A stretch of DNA of 64,000 bases, taken from Raja brachyura (taxonomy: Eukaryota). The stretch is taken from NCBI GenBank assembly GCA_963514005.1, contig OY740802.1, positions 2,604,001 to 2,668,000 on the forward strand, given 5' to 3'. Numbering within the stretch: position 1 is the stretch's first letter; each line of letters opens with the position of its first letter. Positions 11,183 to 25,409 of this stretch are shown here, one piece after another. A program made the translations under genes and the position numbers. Below the pieces are notes generated by a model, which had not been told where the DNA came from, searched no databases, and saw nothing but the letters and a program-made list of their open reading frames with translations.

Positions 11183-12631
11183 GTTTCACCATGTAGAAAT
11201 TACAGCAGTGTTTATACATGGTCCCCCCATGTCAGGGCACCATAATGTTTGGGACACATGGCTTCACAGATGTGTGCAATTGCTCAGGTGTGTTTAAATG
11301 CCCATTAATGCAGGTATAAGAGATCTCAGAACCTAGTCTTTCCTCCAGTCTTTCCATCACCGTTTGAAACTTGTATTGCTGTTTATCAACATGAGGACCA
11401 AAGAATAAAACTGTTAGAGACATCAGCCAAACTCTAGGCTTACCAAATTTACTGTTTGGAACATCATTAAGAAGAAAGAGAGCACTGGTGAACTTACTTA
11501 TCGCAAAGGGACTGGCAGGCCAAGGAAGACTTCCACAGCTGATGACAGAAGACTTCTCTCTATAATAAAGAAAAATCCCAAGCACCTGTCCGACAGATCA
11601 GAAACACTCTTCAGGAGTCGAGTGTGGATTTGTCAATGACCACTGTCTGCAGAAGACTTCATGAACAGAAATACAGAGGCTACACTGCAAGATGCAAACC
11701 ACTGGTTAGCCGCAAAAATAGGATGGCCGGGTTACAGTTTGCCAAGAAGTACTTAAAAGAGCAACCACAGTTCTGGAAAAAGGTCTTGTGGACAGATGAG
11801 ATGAAGATTAACTTATATCAGAGTGATGGCAGGAGCAAAGTATGGAGGAGAGAAGGAACTGCCCAAGATCCAAAGCATACCACCTCATCTGTGAAACACA
11901 GTGGTGGGGGTGTTATGGCCTGGGCATGTATGGCTGCTGAAGGTACTGGCTCACTTATCTTCATTGATGATACAACTGCTGATGGTAGTAGCATAATGCA
12001 TTCTGATGTGTATAGACACATCCTATCTGCTCAAGTTCAAACAAATGCCTCCAAACCCATTGGTCGGCGGTTCATTTTACAGCCAGACAATGAACCCAAA
12101 CATACTGCTAAAGCAACAAAGGAGTTTTTCAAAGCTAAAAAATGGTCAATTCTTGAGTGGCCAAGTCAATCACCCGATCTGAACCCAGTTGAGCATGCCT
12201 TTTATATGCTGAAGAGAAAACTGAAGGGGACTAGTCCCAAAACAAGCATTTGCTAAAGATGGCTGCAATTCAGGCCTGGCAGAGCATCACCAGAGAAGAC
12301 ACCCAGTAACTGGTGATGTCCATGAATCGCAGACTTCAAGCAGTCATTGCATGCAAAGGATATGCAACAAAATACTAAACATGACTACTTTCATTTACAT
12401 GACATTGCTGTGTCCCAACATTATGGTGCCCTGAAATGGGGGGATTATGTATAAACACTGCTGTAATTTCTACATGGTGAAACCCAAATGTATAAAAATG
12501 GCCTTTGTTAAAATCTGACAATGTGCTCTTTAACCACATGTGATTTTGTCTATTACAAATCTCAAATTGTGGAGTACAGAGGCAAATAAATGAATGATGG
12601 GTCTTTGTCCCAAACATTATGGAGGGCACTG
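11183..12631 (+). mobile_element. Tc1-like DNA transposon relic (DD34E, IR/DR type), left end truncated
   Basis: ORF 11624-12256 has WTDE, QPDNEPKH and SPDLNPVE with 34 residues between D and E. Right TIR ends ...ATTATGGAGGGCACTG followed by TA. Frameshifts and a deletion after the ATG at 11391. Confidence 0.95.
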
Positions 12632-13244
12632 TATATTTCCTACAGGGGGTTACACAAAAAGCTGGAGAAACTCAGCGGGTGCAGCAGCATCTAAGGAGCG
12701 AAGGAGATAGGCGACGTTTCGGGTCGAGACCCTTCTTCAGACCCTATATTTCCTACATGTGTGTCCTAAATTTTATTGGTGAAGTGGTACCTACAGATTA
12801 TTGTAATTAATTTATTATTGTCACATGTACTGAGAGACCTTGAAAAGCTTTATGGAGGGCACTGTATAGATGTTGATGTAGAGAGATAAAGAACAATGAA
12901 TGCATTTGTATCCAGTAACTCACACTAACAACTTAGTAGGTTTGCCTACTTTATGTTGCAAACGCATAGCAGCACCAACGTGTTATGGAGGCGGAGAGAA
13001 CTGCAGATGCTGGAAGATTGAGCAGAACACAAAGTGCTGGAGGAACTCAGCGAGTCAGGCAGCATCTGTGGTGGGAATGGGCAGGCGACTTTGTGAGACG
13101 GGAGGGTTACACAAAAAGCTGGAGAAACTCAGCGGGTGCAGCAGCATCTAAGGAGCGAAGGAGATAGGCGACGTTTCGGGTCGAGACCCTTCTTCAGACT
13201 GCTATCTGACAGATCACCAGTCTCAAGGAAGATCCAGACCCATA

Positions 13245-14158
13245 AAGACATAGAAACATAGAAAAATAGGTGCAGGAGTAGGCCATTCGGCCCTTCGAGC
13301 CGGCACCGCCATTCAATATGAGGGCTGATCATCTAAAATCAGTACCTCGTTCCTGCTTTTCCCCCATATCCCCTGATTCTTTTAGCCCTAAGATCTAAAT
13401 CTAACCCTCTCTTGAAAACACCTAATGAATTGGCCTCCACTGCCTTCTGTGGCAGCGAATTCCACAGATTCACAACTCTCTGGGTGACATCTTTTTTCCT
13501 CATCTCAGTCCTAAATGGCCTGCCTCTTATTCTTAAACTGTGACCCCCTGGTTCTGGACTCCCCCATCATCGGGAAAAATTCCCCTGCATCTAGCCTGTC
13601 CAATCCTTATAAAATATCCTCTCATCCTTCTAAATTCCAGTGAATGAGGAAAGACATTCTTGCCGTAGAGGGGGTTCACCAGACTGATTCCTGGGATGTC
13701 GTGACTTTCATATGAAGAAAGACTGGATAGACTCGGCTTGTACTCACTGGAATTTAGAAGATTGAGTGGGATCTTATAGAAACGTACAAAATTCTTAAGG
13801 TGTTGGACAAGCTAGATGAAGGAAGATTGTTCCCGATGTTGGGGGAGTACAGAACAAGGGGTCACAGTCTAAGGATAAGGGGGAATTCCTTTAGGACTGA
13901 GATGAGGAAAACATTATTTACACAGAGAGTGGTGAGTCTCTGGAATTCTCTGCCACAGAAGGTAGTAGAGGCCAGTTCATTGGCTACATTCAAGAGGGAG
14001 TTGAATGTGGCTCTTGTGGCTAAAGGGATCAGGGGGTATGGAGAGAAGGCAGGTACGGGATACTGAGTTGGATGATCAGCCATGATCATATTGAATGGCG
14101 GTGCAGGCTCGAAGGGCCGAATGGCCCGCCCCTGCACCTGTTTTTCTATGTTTCTATG
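13245..14158. mobile_element. Two CR1 3' ends in inverted arrangement (minus 13245-13645, plus 13646-14158)
   Basis: Tails ATAGAAACATAG at the left end and CTATGTTTCTATG at the right end; RTRGHSLRIRG coding relics on both strands. Confidence 0.9.
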
Positions 14159-17100
14159 ACGTCTGCCCATTCCCCCGATGAATGCTGTCTGTTCCTCCAG
14201 CACAGATGATTTAGTATTATAGAAGTTCACAAATGTGTTACATTTGAGAGACTTTTTAAAATGCTACTGTCTCCGGGAATCCAGTCATTTTGTTGTTTTC
14301 ATGAGTTCTAGGAACAGAATTAGGCCCATCAAGTCAACTCCGCCATTCAATCGTGGCAGATCTACCTCTCCCTCTCAACCCCATTCTCCTGCTTTTGCCC
14401 CATAACCTCTGACACCCTTACTGATCAGGTTTACTACCTGCTGACTAAATATGATGTTTTATTTAAGTGTGTGGGACGTGGGAGCCGAATGCATTGCAAC
14501 AACCTCGTTGTAAAGGCCCGGTTAACAGCAACAAATTTCAGCGACATCCCTTCTGATTTAGACATAAGACATTCTAATTTCATTAACTTGAGGTTTGAAA
14601 ACCGTGGCCCTAAGGGCGAAGTCCTACCCATCTAAGTTATTTCAGCAAAGATGGGGAAAAAAAACTGGAGTAACTCAGCAGGTCAGGCAGCATCTTTGGA
14701 GAGAAGTAATAGGTGATGTTTCAGGTCCGAACCCTTCTCCAGGGCGCTAGTTACTTCACCAAAGACAAGAGACAATAGGTGCAGGAGGAGGCCATTCGGC
14801 CCTTCGAGCCAGCACCGCCATTCACTGTGATCATGGCTGAGCATCCCCAATCAGTACCCCGTTCCTGCCTTCTCCCCATATCCCCTGACTCCGCTATCTT
14901 TAAGAGCCTTAACTTGCTCTCTCTTGAAAGTATCCAGAGAACCGACCAACGCCTTTAATGTTGATTGTTCATACCAATTGTGCAACTGAATTGTTTAATA
15001 TTTTGCACCAATATTGGATTAATTGTAAGATGTTTTTGTATGGAAACATTGAAGGAATGCCTGTGTATAACCAAGCATTGATTTAGAAGTCCCCTCTAGC
15101 TGATATTAATTCCGTAGGAAGTGTGTCTTTTCAGTTGAAAGATTCTGATGTTTACATACCAAATGAAACCTCGAGCTTCTCAGCGTACTACATCCAGATT
15201 CAGATCTTTGACTGATGTAGATAGAATTCTGAATGTGAACACGAATCGCATTCGTACACCTTTCAACAGCTGGTGACATATGACCGTATGGGAGATAGAT
15301 TTAGCCCTTAGGGGGGCTAAAGGAATCGGGGGATATGGGGAGAAAGCAGGAATGGGTAGTGGTTCTGGGTGATCAGCCATGATCATATTGAATGGCGGTG
15401 CTGGCTCGATGGGCCGAATGGCCTCCTCCTGCACCTATGTTCTATGTTTGCATAACGAATGCATTTATGAAAGCAGAACTCTGAGCTGGGCTGCACATGC
15501 TGTGGGATCAGACTTGCTGGCTGCCAGCATCCTACCTCTCATCCAGACACTGGCGTTGCCATAGAGACACTCATTACCTGTCTCCCTGTCAGAGTGTAGC
15601 CGGGCACTCGGTTATTAACTTTAATGGGAGCCTCGCCCAGCCAGTGGCTTTATTTGCCTCCACACAGAGCTGCGCTTTGCAGCTGAGCTCGGGACTGAAG
15701 GCCCGGTGTGAGGCTAATTAAACAAGAGACAGGAGCACCTTAATCCCCCAGTGAGGCAAACGTGGCGGCTCGCTACTACCTCCTGGCCGCTAGAGATTCC
15801 CCACCCCCCACTCTCACCCATTTAAAATAACATTGGGTTTCAAACAGAAAGGCAGGGACCAGGAGACATAAAGCACCGAGGCGGCAGCCCTGGCGTGTGG
15901 TTCACCGAGAGCAGACAGACACAAAGTGCTGGAGTAACTCAAACTCAACTCTTTTCAGCATGTAGGAAGGAACTGCTGGTTTAAACCGAAGGTAGACACA
16001 CAAAGCTGGAGTGACTCAGTGGGACAGGCAGCATCTCTGGAGAGAAGGAATGGGATGGGTGATGTTTCGGGTCGAGACGCTTCTACAGTGTCCAACTTTA
16101 ACTCTGCCCCCCCCCCCCCCCCCACCCCAGCTGAACACAGACCCACATTGCTCCCCCTCCAGACGCGGTTCTAGGTAAAAGGCAACCGGGGGATAGACGT
16201 CCAGGAGAGGGAGGGCTTCTGTCAGTGTGGTGGTTGCTTGCAGCCAGCTCCTGCTGAGAAAGTGCATTTGTCAACGTAATCTCGTTTCCCAGACAGGATC
16301 CTGGTCGTAATAAAAGTCACCAGAGATACTGCAACATGGAAAACAACATTAAAAAAACACAAGTAAAGATAGACTCAAGAAGCTAGAGAGGCTCAGCGGG
16401 ACAGGCAGCATCTCTGGAGAGAAGGAATGGGTCGAGACCCTTCTTCAGTCCAGTCAGGGGAAAGAGAAACGAGAGATAGAGACATCATGAAATTAATTAA
16501 TTGTTTGATATCTCTCTACATCATCTATGCCTCGCATTTCCCTTTCCCTTGACTAGTCTGAAGAAGCGTCTCGATCTGAAACGTCACCCATTCTTTCTCT
16601 CCAGAGATGCTGCCTGTCCCACTGAGTTACTCCAGCATTTTGTGATTATCTTCGGTTTGAACCAACATCTGCAGTTCCTTCCTGCACATTAAAGACAAGT
16701 GTTCCAGTGAAAGATGTGGCGAAGAACTAAATCTAGTGACGAATGGAATCCTTTTTGTTGCGCTTTCCCAAGTTATTCTGCACACTGAGGGCAAAATTAA
16801 AGCCGCGTGAACCAGCGGGCCAAGGGCTTCTTGATTAGTGGGTCTTTCTTGATCAGTAAAGGTGTCAAGGGTTATGGGGAGAAGGCAGGAGAATGGGGTT
16901 GAGAGGGAAAGGTAGATAGTTCATATATTCATAAGTTATAGGGGCAGAATTAGACCATTCGGCCCATCAAGTCTACTCCGCCATTCAATCGTAACTGCTC
17001 TATCTATCCCTCTCAACCACATTCTCCTGCCTTCTCCCCAATGAAGCTTGATCAGCAAGGATTGAATAGTGGACTAGATTCAATGGCCTAATTCTGCTCC

Positions 17101-17924
17101 AATGACTTATGGATTTATGAGACAGCATCTCTGGAGAACATGGATAGGTGACGTTTCGGGTCAGGGTCCGTCTTTGACTGTCAGGGTTGAAATGGGAAAT
17201 CATTGAAGAGAGAAACCCATAAGATGCTATCTTGTTGCACTTGTAGTTAAACATTTCCCAAACTCTCGCAGTGTCATCCACCCTGTAGTTCCTTTGGCCC
17301 GAAACATCACCCATTTCCTTCGCTCCATCGATGCTGCCTCACCCGCTGAGTTTCTCCAGCACTTTTGTCTACCTTTGATTTTCCAGCATCTGTGGTTCTT
17401 TCTTAAACACTATGATAAAAAGGAAACCGATGGTGCCAGTTTTCTAGAATTCATTAACAGTAGACTGGCAACAAAAACATGAAAAATGTAGATTAATGAG
17501 ATACACATTGAAGAAATTAACAAAATAATGGAAGGCAGACACAAAATGCTGGAGTAACTCAGCGAGTCATGCAGCATCTCTGGAGAAAAGGAATAGGTGA
17601 CGTTTTGGGTCGAGATCCTTCTTCAGACTGCAAAGTAACAAAGTAATAGGTTTTTTTCTAGAAGCTTGGAATTAAAAGTTCTATTAAACATAATATTTTT
17701 GGTCTCCATATTATGAAAATGATATAGAGGCACTGGGGAAATAGCTAACAGGCTATCGTTACTTAAAGGATGAAATGTATTCAGAAAGATTGAAGAGAGT
17801 GTTCTAACCTATCGTGTTGAGGACCTTGTCCTTGGCATCACCCAAATCCTTGCAGACATCATATACCGCACTGCTCTCATCAACACCAAGTCTTTCCAAG
17901 TATGGCAAAACATCTCATCCCTGA

Positions 17925-18500
17925 AACTAGTTTTGTGCATTGTGGCAAACACATCCTTTCAAAGATAAAGAGATCAAAACTGTACACAATACGTCAGGTA
18001 TAGTCTCACCAAGACCCTGTAAGTACGACAAGACTTCCTTACTCCTGTCATCAAATTGTCGTACAAAAAAGCTAAACATACTGCTTGTTCCCTTAATGGC
18101 TTGCTGCACATGGGTGTTGACTTTCTGTTGACAAAGCGTAGAAGCATGCCTTGGGCCCACACCACCCAATCTCGCATCAATTGATAAATATTCTGCTTTT
18201 CTGTTATGTCCACCAAACGTCACATTTTCCACATCATATTCCACTTTCCACACACCTGCCTGCTCATTCTAATTGTCCACATCTCCTTTAAGCCTCCACT
18301 TCCTCCTCCATATGTACAATGCGCCTAATTTGCTGTTGTCAGCAAAGTCAGATATATGGCATTTGCTCAATTCGCCCAAATTGTAAATAAAGATTGTGAA
18401 ATGATGTCATCTCCACTCTACCCAAATAGGCACAGCCGGCCAACCTGAGAATGATCTGTTTATTCTCACTCTTTGCTTTCAGTCCGTTGAGCAACATTCA
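17925..18500 (-). mobile_element. Old CR1 RT fragment
   Basis: Minus-strand ORFs with YRVLVRLYLTYCVQF and an FADN-like motif; heavily decayed. Confidence 0.7.
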
Positions 18501-20107
18501 GTCCAGGGCAGCACACGACCCATATTTCTTACTTACAATTCCTAGGATAATTGTTTTTGATAGTTTGCAGATAATATTTTGCATTGATTAAAATAATTGC
18601 ATTTGTCAGGCATATTTGATCTTGGTAATTGTCTCAAGGTGTTTTACAGTATTATTATCCAACCAAATGTGGTGGGATAAACCTCAGCTCCAGGCATTGA
18701 AGGAGTATGAACCATTTAGGCTCCTTTGTTCCACCAGTCAATCATATCTCAGTTGGTTTCTAATCTATCTCCAAATAACTGTTTTTGATGGATTTCCCTG
18801 AGATCTCTCTTCATCACATCACATGCCTATGTTAACATCACGTAGTTTCTACCTTGTACACATTTATTATCTACACTAACACATTATGTCCACTTTTAAC
18901 AAAGTGAAAGGCAGTGCATAAAAAATGGCAACATCTGAAAGAAATAAGTAGATTCTGATTGCCTAAATTCTTGATCTTCTTTCTCAGCCAATTGCACTCA
19001 ATTCACTGTGAACAGTACTGACAGGTAATTCTTTAAATTGCAACAAGGAAAAGGCTGTATATTTCAAAGCAGTTTTGCTAGTAGCAATATGTATTGAACA
19101 CCACAGTAATCGATTTGTAACATGCTTCATATCTCGAGGCAAAGAGGCCTACTGCGACTCCCATCCTTTGGTTGTGAGTTCCCAAACTAAGTTACTGAGT
19201 TTGATAAGAGTGGTTCAAGAATAAAAGATGAGACCCTAGCAAACTGGGGCTTCTGATGTTTTGGTTAAACTAAACACATCAATGCTGCAGTTGCTCCTTT
19301 CATTCTCATTGCTTGATAAAGTCACGTTACTGGTCTTGTTATACAATAAATCTCTCCAGGAATATGATATGCATATGTGTGTCATGATAGTGTGTTTATT
19401 AAAGTTTACAATGTAGGCGAAATATAGTAAATTACCAAAGGAATATTTTTGCACCTGCCTGCAAAATGAGGCCTGTACTTCTTAAAAGGATTAATTGCAT
19501 GAGTGGATTGACAAATACTCGGTTAGTTTGTGATTAACTGCTACCTGAAGAACTTGGCCAGTTCCTAAAGCAATAAAGTTACGGATTGTAATTTGTTGGC
19601 ACAGACAAAGCTACCAGACACCTGTACCTACAGGAACAATTAGTTGTACTGCGGTTTCATCTCTGCAGACAGAACCTTAGTTTAATATCTGATCAAAAAA
19701 ATGCCCAGCAGGGCTGATTGACTTTGCTGGCACTCCCAGCCAACTCCTATTTCAATAGTGTTTGTAAATGAACTGCTGTCATTCATCCAGAATTTCCAGA
19801 CCCTGTCACTTACATAGTAGAGCCTTGTACAGTAGAAGGAACAAGAAGACATGGGCTTCTGTCCACTGGTTTGGGAGGTAGAGGTACTTTTTAAATGTAA
19901 CATTTCCTACAATTTGAACTGGCGGTAAATTAAGTAAACACGCAAAAATTAAGGAAAACTGTGGGTGCCTGGAAATTAGCTACTGTATACAAATGCAACT
20001 TGTAAATATGCTGTACCTATATGTTTCTGACATTATTTTCTGTTATTTAAAACCTGGATATGAACTAGGCATTCTAATAAAAATGTTTGTTTTATGATGA
20101 AACATAA

Positions 20108-20610
20108 AGGGGCTGTCCCACTGCGGCAAACTAGTTCACGAGTTTAGAAGAGTTTAGAAGAGTTGAAGACCTCCTTCGACTATGTAGAAGATTAGCTTCG
20201 ACTAACTTCGACTCGCTTCGGGAAAATTGGACACCGAATAGTGGAACGTGAAGACGACCTCCTTCGACCTCTCTTCGACTATGATGAAGACTATCTACGA
20301 CTACCTTCGACTACCCTCGATTACCTACGACTAACATGCCCACCTACTACGACCTACTTCAACTAAACCTACGAGTAAAAAAAGTATCGAATTTTTCCAT
20401 TGAGACCTTTTTTTACTTGAGGACATTTTTCAACATGTTGAAAAAAATGCCACGACCTAGCTGAGGCCTCGGGTACGCGGGGACTACTCTCGAGCATGAA
20501 GGAGAGTTACAAAGACCTCCCAGGACCTCCAGTCGACCATGCTGCGATAATGATTAGAGGGCAAACTCTCCAGAACTCGCGGATTAGGTCACCGCAGTGG
20601 GACAGGCCCT
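20108..20610. mobile_element. PIF/Harbinger-type MITE
   Basis: TIR AGGGGCTGTCCCACTGCGG / CCGCAGTGGGACAGGCCCT, 3-bp TSD TAA on both sides, internal degenerate TTCGAC/CTACGA repeats. Confidence 0.85.
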
Positions 20611-20676
20611 TAACTTTACTACAACACGTTGCCACTCTCGAGGAATATCTAAGAATTTTGTAATGTCAAAGCTTTA

Positions 20677-20920
20677 AGGCCCTGTCCCACTTTCCCAAGT
20701 TACACACAAATTCTCCCGAGTTTTCCCCTTGATTCAAACTCCGAGAATGTATGTAGCGAGTCCGTAGATATTTTGTAGCGGCTCGTAATGCCAGCCGTAG
20801 GTACTCGGGGCATCAGGTAAGTGGGGAGGTTTTTTCAGCATGTTGAAAAATGTTTTTAAAAAAAAAAAACGAATACCTACGGCTGGCTATTACTGTAATT
20901 CTCCAAGTTTGAATCAAGGG
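20677..20920. mobile_element. Related Harbinger-type MITE, right end lost
   Basis: TTA then AGGCCCTGTCCCACTT; internal inverted repeat CCCTTGATTCAAAC / GTTTGAATCAAGGG; runs into a Penelope-type fragment. Confidence 0.7.
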
Positions 20921-21429
20921 TCTCGACCCGAAACGTCACCTATTCCTTCGCTCCATAGATGCTGCCTTACTTGCTCTAGATAAGATGCATCTTAGGTTGC
21001 TGGTGGGTCTGGAGGCCGCATCTCATGTGTGGGAAGGAACTGCAGATACTGGTGTAAACCGAAGATAGATACTAAATGCTGGAGTATGTCAGCGGGACAG
21101 GCAGCATCTCTGGAGAGAAGGAATGGGTGACGTTTTGAGTTGAGACCCTTCTTGTCATACATCTCGTTTATTAACCCTCCCCAGATGCAGTGGACTTGCC
21201 AGAGGAATAGAAAATGTCCAATGCAACACAATTGCTTTGAAAGGAAGAACGCAGTTTATGTCTGTTTAACCTGGGCTGTGGACATTAAAAAAAAGCATTC
21301 ATGAAGAGATTCTTTTCAGACATTTAAGTTGGTAAAGGAGTGGTGGCAAATATTTTCATAATTGAAATCATGTTGAACCTTACGGAATTAATTGATGAAA
21401 ATGCAGTCGGCTTCACCTTTACATTTTTA

Positions 21430-21800
21430 TAGAAGGTGTTTGAGGAGTAAAGAGGTTCTTCTGCAGTTGTATAGAGCTCTAGTGAGACCACATCTGGAGT
21501 ATTGTGTTCAGTTCTGGTCTCCTAATTTGAGGAAGGACATCCTTGTGATTGAGGCAGTGTAGCGTAGGTTCACGAGATTGATCCTTGGGATGGCGGGACT
21601 GTCATATGAGGAAAGATTGAAATGACTAGGCATGTATTCACTGGAGTTTAGAAGGATGAGGGGGGATCTTATAGAAACGTAAAAGGACTGGACAAGCTAG
21701 ATGCAGGAAAAATGCAGGAAAAGATGCTAGATGCAACGAATGGTGGTGCTGGGCCGAAGGGCCGAATGGCCTCCTCCTGCACCTATTTTCTATGTTTCTA
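21430..21800 (+). mobile_element. CR1 3' fragment with internal deletion
   Basis: [15 protein letters not shown]-type coding relic joined to the 3' UTR. Confidence 0.88.
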
Positions 21801-23172
21801 CGTGTTTGTTGCAGTTCCACATGAAGAAATGGTTAGCAAAAGTGAAGCCAATGGAATTACATGCAGCACATATATGAAATTTGACTTAAAAACAGAAATC
21901 ATTTAGCAGAAACCAACACTGTTTTTAAGATGATTTAGTGGTAGCCACTAGTATTTCCTCCAGTCCATGCTGGGATCACTGCTGGTTTGATGTATGTTAA
22001 TGACTTAGCCATGAGTTTGTAGGGTAATATTTTACAAAGTTGCAGTGTCACAAAGCTTAGAATTGTGTAAAACATTGAGGGGAATAGTTGTAGACTGCAA
22101 GAAGTCATAGATAGATTGAATAAAAAGTGGCAGATGGAATTTAGTACAGAGACGTGTGAAGTGATATATTTTGGCAGAAGAAATATAAAAATAACAATAT
22201 GGATCAAATGGTAGACAAAAATGCTGGAGAAACTCAGCGGGTCAAATGTTAATGTAGGAAGTAGTTGGAGATATGGGTGTAAATGTGTGGTAATCCATGA
22301 AACTGGCGGGGTGTTTTCAGAGACTGATTACTAAAGTGTATAAGTTCGCAGGACTCATAATTTGGGAAGATAGAGAAAAGATTTTCTCAAATGGCTCTGA
22401 AGGATGAAGGATTTCAGCTTTCAGACTGGAAATGCTGGCCAGATCTCCTTTGAGCAGGGAAGGCTGAGATGAGATCAGAGAGGACGTGCGCTGATTTAGA
22501 TAAGATAAAGGACAATGATCCCCATCAGTGGTTGGTTCATGGGAACGAGGAACACAGATTAAACATTTTGGACAAAAGATATGAGAGATGTGAGGACAAT
22601 GTCAATGGTTTTGATGAGGTGTTCACTGGCTATAAGGAACCAGTGCAGAGGACTGAGGTCCAGGGGGTTGCTCTTCGACAAGCCGGCAAAGATTCAATGG
22701 ACCGAAAAACATTTTCCTATGCTCTAACAATTTTGTGAATTTGTTTTATTTTGTGGGCTTTGCCTTTTGGCGTAGATTGTGTTACATTTGTGCTCTTGTC
22801 AGAAACATAGAAAAATAGGTGCAGGAGTAGACCATTCAGCCCTTCGAGCCAGCACTGCCATTCAATGTGATCATGGCTGATCAACCACAATCAGTACCCA
22901 CTTCCTCCTTTTTCCCAATATCCCTTAAATCCCTTAGCCCGAAGAGCTCAATCTAACTCTCTGTCTTGTTGCCACTCAATGAAAAATCTCTAGATGGAAA
23001 CTGAGGGCAGATTCCAGGGTCTTTATTTTCCACTGTCCAAATCAGTTCACACACAAGTCAAGGTTGAAAAGGCCAACCAATATCAGCGTCAATCAATAAA
23101 CCTACAGAGAAATATCACACATATTGATCATATGATGTGAAGCGTTTTGGTTTGGAAGCTACTTGTGTGAAA

Positions 23173-24975
23173 TAACCATATAACCATATAACAATTACAG
23201 CACGGAAACAGGCCATCTCGGCCCTTCAAGTCCGTGCCGAACAACTTTTTTCCCTTAGTCCCACCTGCCTGCACTCATACCATAACCCTCCATACCCTTC
23301 TCATCCATATGCCTATCCAATTTATTTTTAAATGATACCAACGAACCTGCCGCCACCACTTCCACTGGAAGCTCATTCCACACCGCTACCACTCTCTGAG
23401 TAAAGAAGTTCCCCCTCATGTTACCCCTAAACCTCTGTCCCTTAATTCTAAAGTCATGTCCTCTTGTTTGAATCTTCCCTATTCTCAAAGGGAAAAGCTT
23501 GTCCACATTAACTCTGTCTATCCCTCTCATCATTTTAAAGACTCTATCAAGTCCCCCCTTAACCTTCTGCGCTCCAGAGAATAAAGACCTAACTTATTCA
23601 ACCTATCTCTGTAACTTAGCTGTTGAAACCCAGGCAACATTCTAGTAAATCTCCTCTGTACCCTCTCTATTTTGTTGACATCCTTCCTATAATTGGGCGA
23701 CCAAAATTGTACACCAGATTTGGTCTCACCAACGCCTTGTACAATTTTAACATTACATCCCAGCTTCTATACTCAATGCTCTGATTTATAAAGGCTAGCA
23801 TACCAAAAGCTTTCTTTACCACCCTATCTATATGAGATTCCACCTTCAAGGAACTATGCACGGTTATTCCCAGATCCCTCTGTTCAACTGTATTCTTCAA
23901 TTCTCTATCGTTTACCATGTACGTCCTATTTTGATTTGTCCTGCCAAGGTGTAGCACCTCACATTTATCAGCATTAAACTCCATCTGCCATCTTTCAGCC
24001 CATTTTTCCAACTGGCCTAAATCACTCTGTAGACTTTGGAATTCCTCTTCATTATCCACAACACCCCCTATCTTGGTATCATCTGCATACTTACTAATCC
24101 AATTTACCACCCCTTCATCCAGATCATTGATGTACATGACAAACAACAAAGGACCCAACACAGATCCCTGAGGCACCCCACTAGTCACCTGCCTCCAACC
24201 CGACAAACAGCCATCCACCATTACCCTCTGGCTTCTCCCATTCAGCCACTGTTGAATCCATCTTGCTATTCCTGCATTTATACCCAACAGTTGAACCTTC
24301 TTAACCAAACTTCCATGAGGAACCTTGTCAAAGGCCTTACTGAAGTCCATATAGACAATATCCACTGCTTTACCCTCGTCAATTTCCCTAGTAACCTCTT
24401 CAAAAAATTCAAGAAGATTAGTCAAACATGACCTTCCAGGCATAAATCCATGTTGACTGTTCCTAATTAGACCCTCTTTATCCAGATACTTATATATATT
24501 ATCTCTAAGTATCTTTTCCATTAATTTGCCCACCACTGAAGTCAAACTAACCGGTCTATAATTGCTAGGTTTACTTTTAGAACCCTTTTTAAACAATGGA
24601 ACAACATGCGCAATACGCCAATCCTCGGGGACTATTCCCGTTTCTAATGACATTTGAAATATTTCTGTCATAGCCCCGGCTATTTCTACACTAACTTCCC
24701 TCAATGTCCTAGGGAATATCCTATCAGGACCTGGAGACTTATCCACTTTTATATTTTTCAAAAGTGCCAGTACTTCTTTTACTTTGAAACTCATAGTATC
24801 CATAGCTACTCTACTAGTTTCCCTTACCTCACATAATTCAATATCCTTCTCCTTGGTGAATACCGAAGAAAAGAAATTGTTCAATATCTCCCCCATCTCT
24901 TTTGGCTCTGCAGATAGCTGTCCACTCGGTCTCCCCAATGGACCAATTTTATCCCTTGTTATCCTTTTGCTATTA
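23173..24975 (-). mobile_element. CR1-clade LINE, 5'-truncated about 1.8 kb, near-intact RT
   Basis: 423-aa ORF with SPGPD, NYRPVSLTS, QHGF, DFSKAFD, GVPQGSVLGP and YADD; frameshifted C-terminus (RGNFFTQRVV); 3' tail (TATATGGT)n. Confidence 0.97.
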
Positions 24976-25409
24976 ATATATTCTACTTTTGTGTTCCATG
25001 CTTGTTCTGAGTTCCTACAGCTTCTTCACCGACTCAGTGCCTGTTATCCCCTGATTACAGAACTTCCCCGATACCTATTTTGGTGCACATTAATCTCTCG
25101 GTATCTTACTGAGTATTGGAGCACTCTTTTATAACCAGTGCCCTGCACAAAGTTTGTGAAAGAACATATTGTTCAGATGGAAAGATTTATCTATGTTTAC
25201 ATAAATAATTCCTTAAAAGAGCTAAAAATAGAAATGAACAGAGAAAGCAGGTCAAAACTGATCAGTAAAGTTGCACAAGCTAATGGAACAATAATCTTTG
25301 GAAACAAACAATTTAGTTGTTTTCAAATACATTTATGAATGATCTTGTAATTAAGGAAAATTACATTTGCAAGTTTTTCCCGGGTTTGCACGGAAATGTT
25401 CAAATGTAG

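Noticed and set aside
11624-12256. Tc1 transposase as a functional or domesticated gene
   Set aside because: N-terminal deletion, frameshifts and premature stops in both copies.
20140-20380. TTCGAC/CTACGA periodic repeats considered as a CRISPR-like array
   Set aside because: No constant repeat with unique spacers; they lie inside a TIR/TSD-bounded MITE in eukaryotic DNA.
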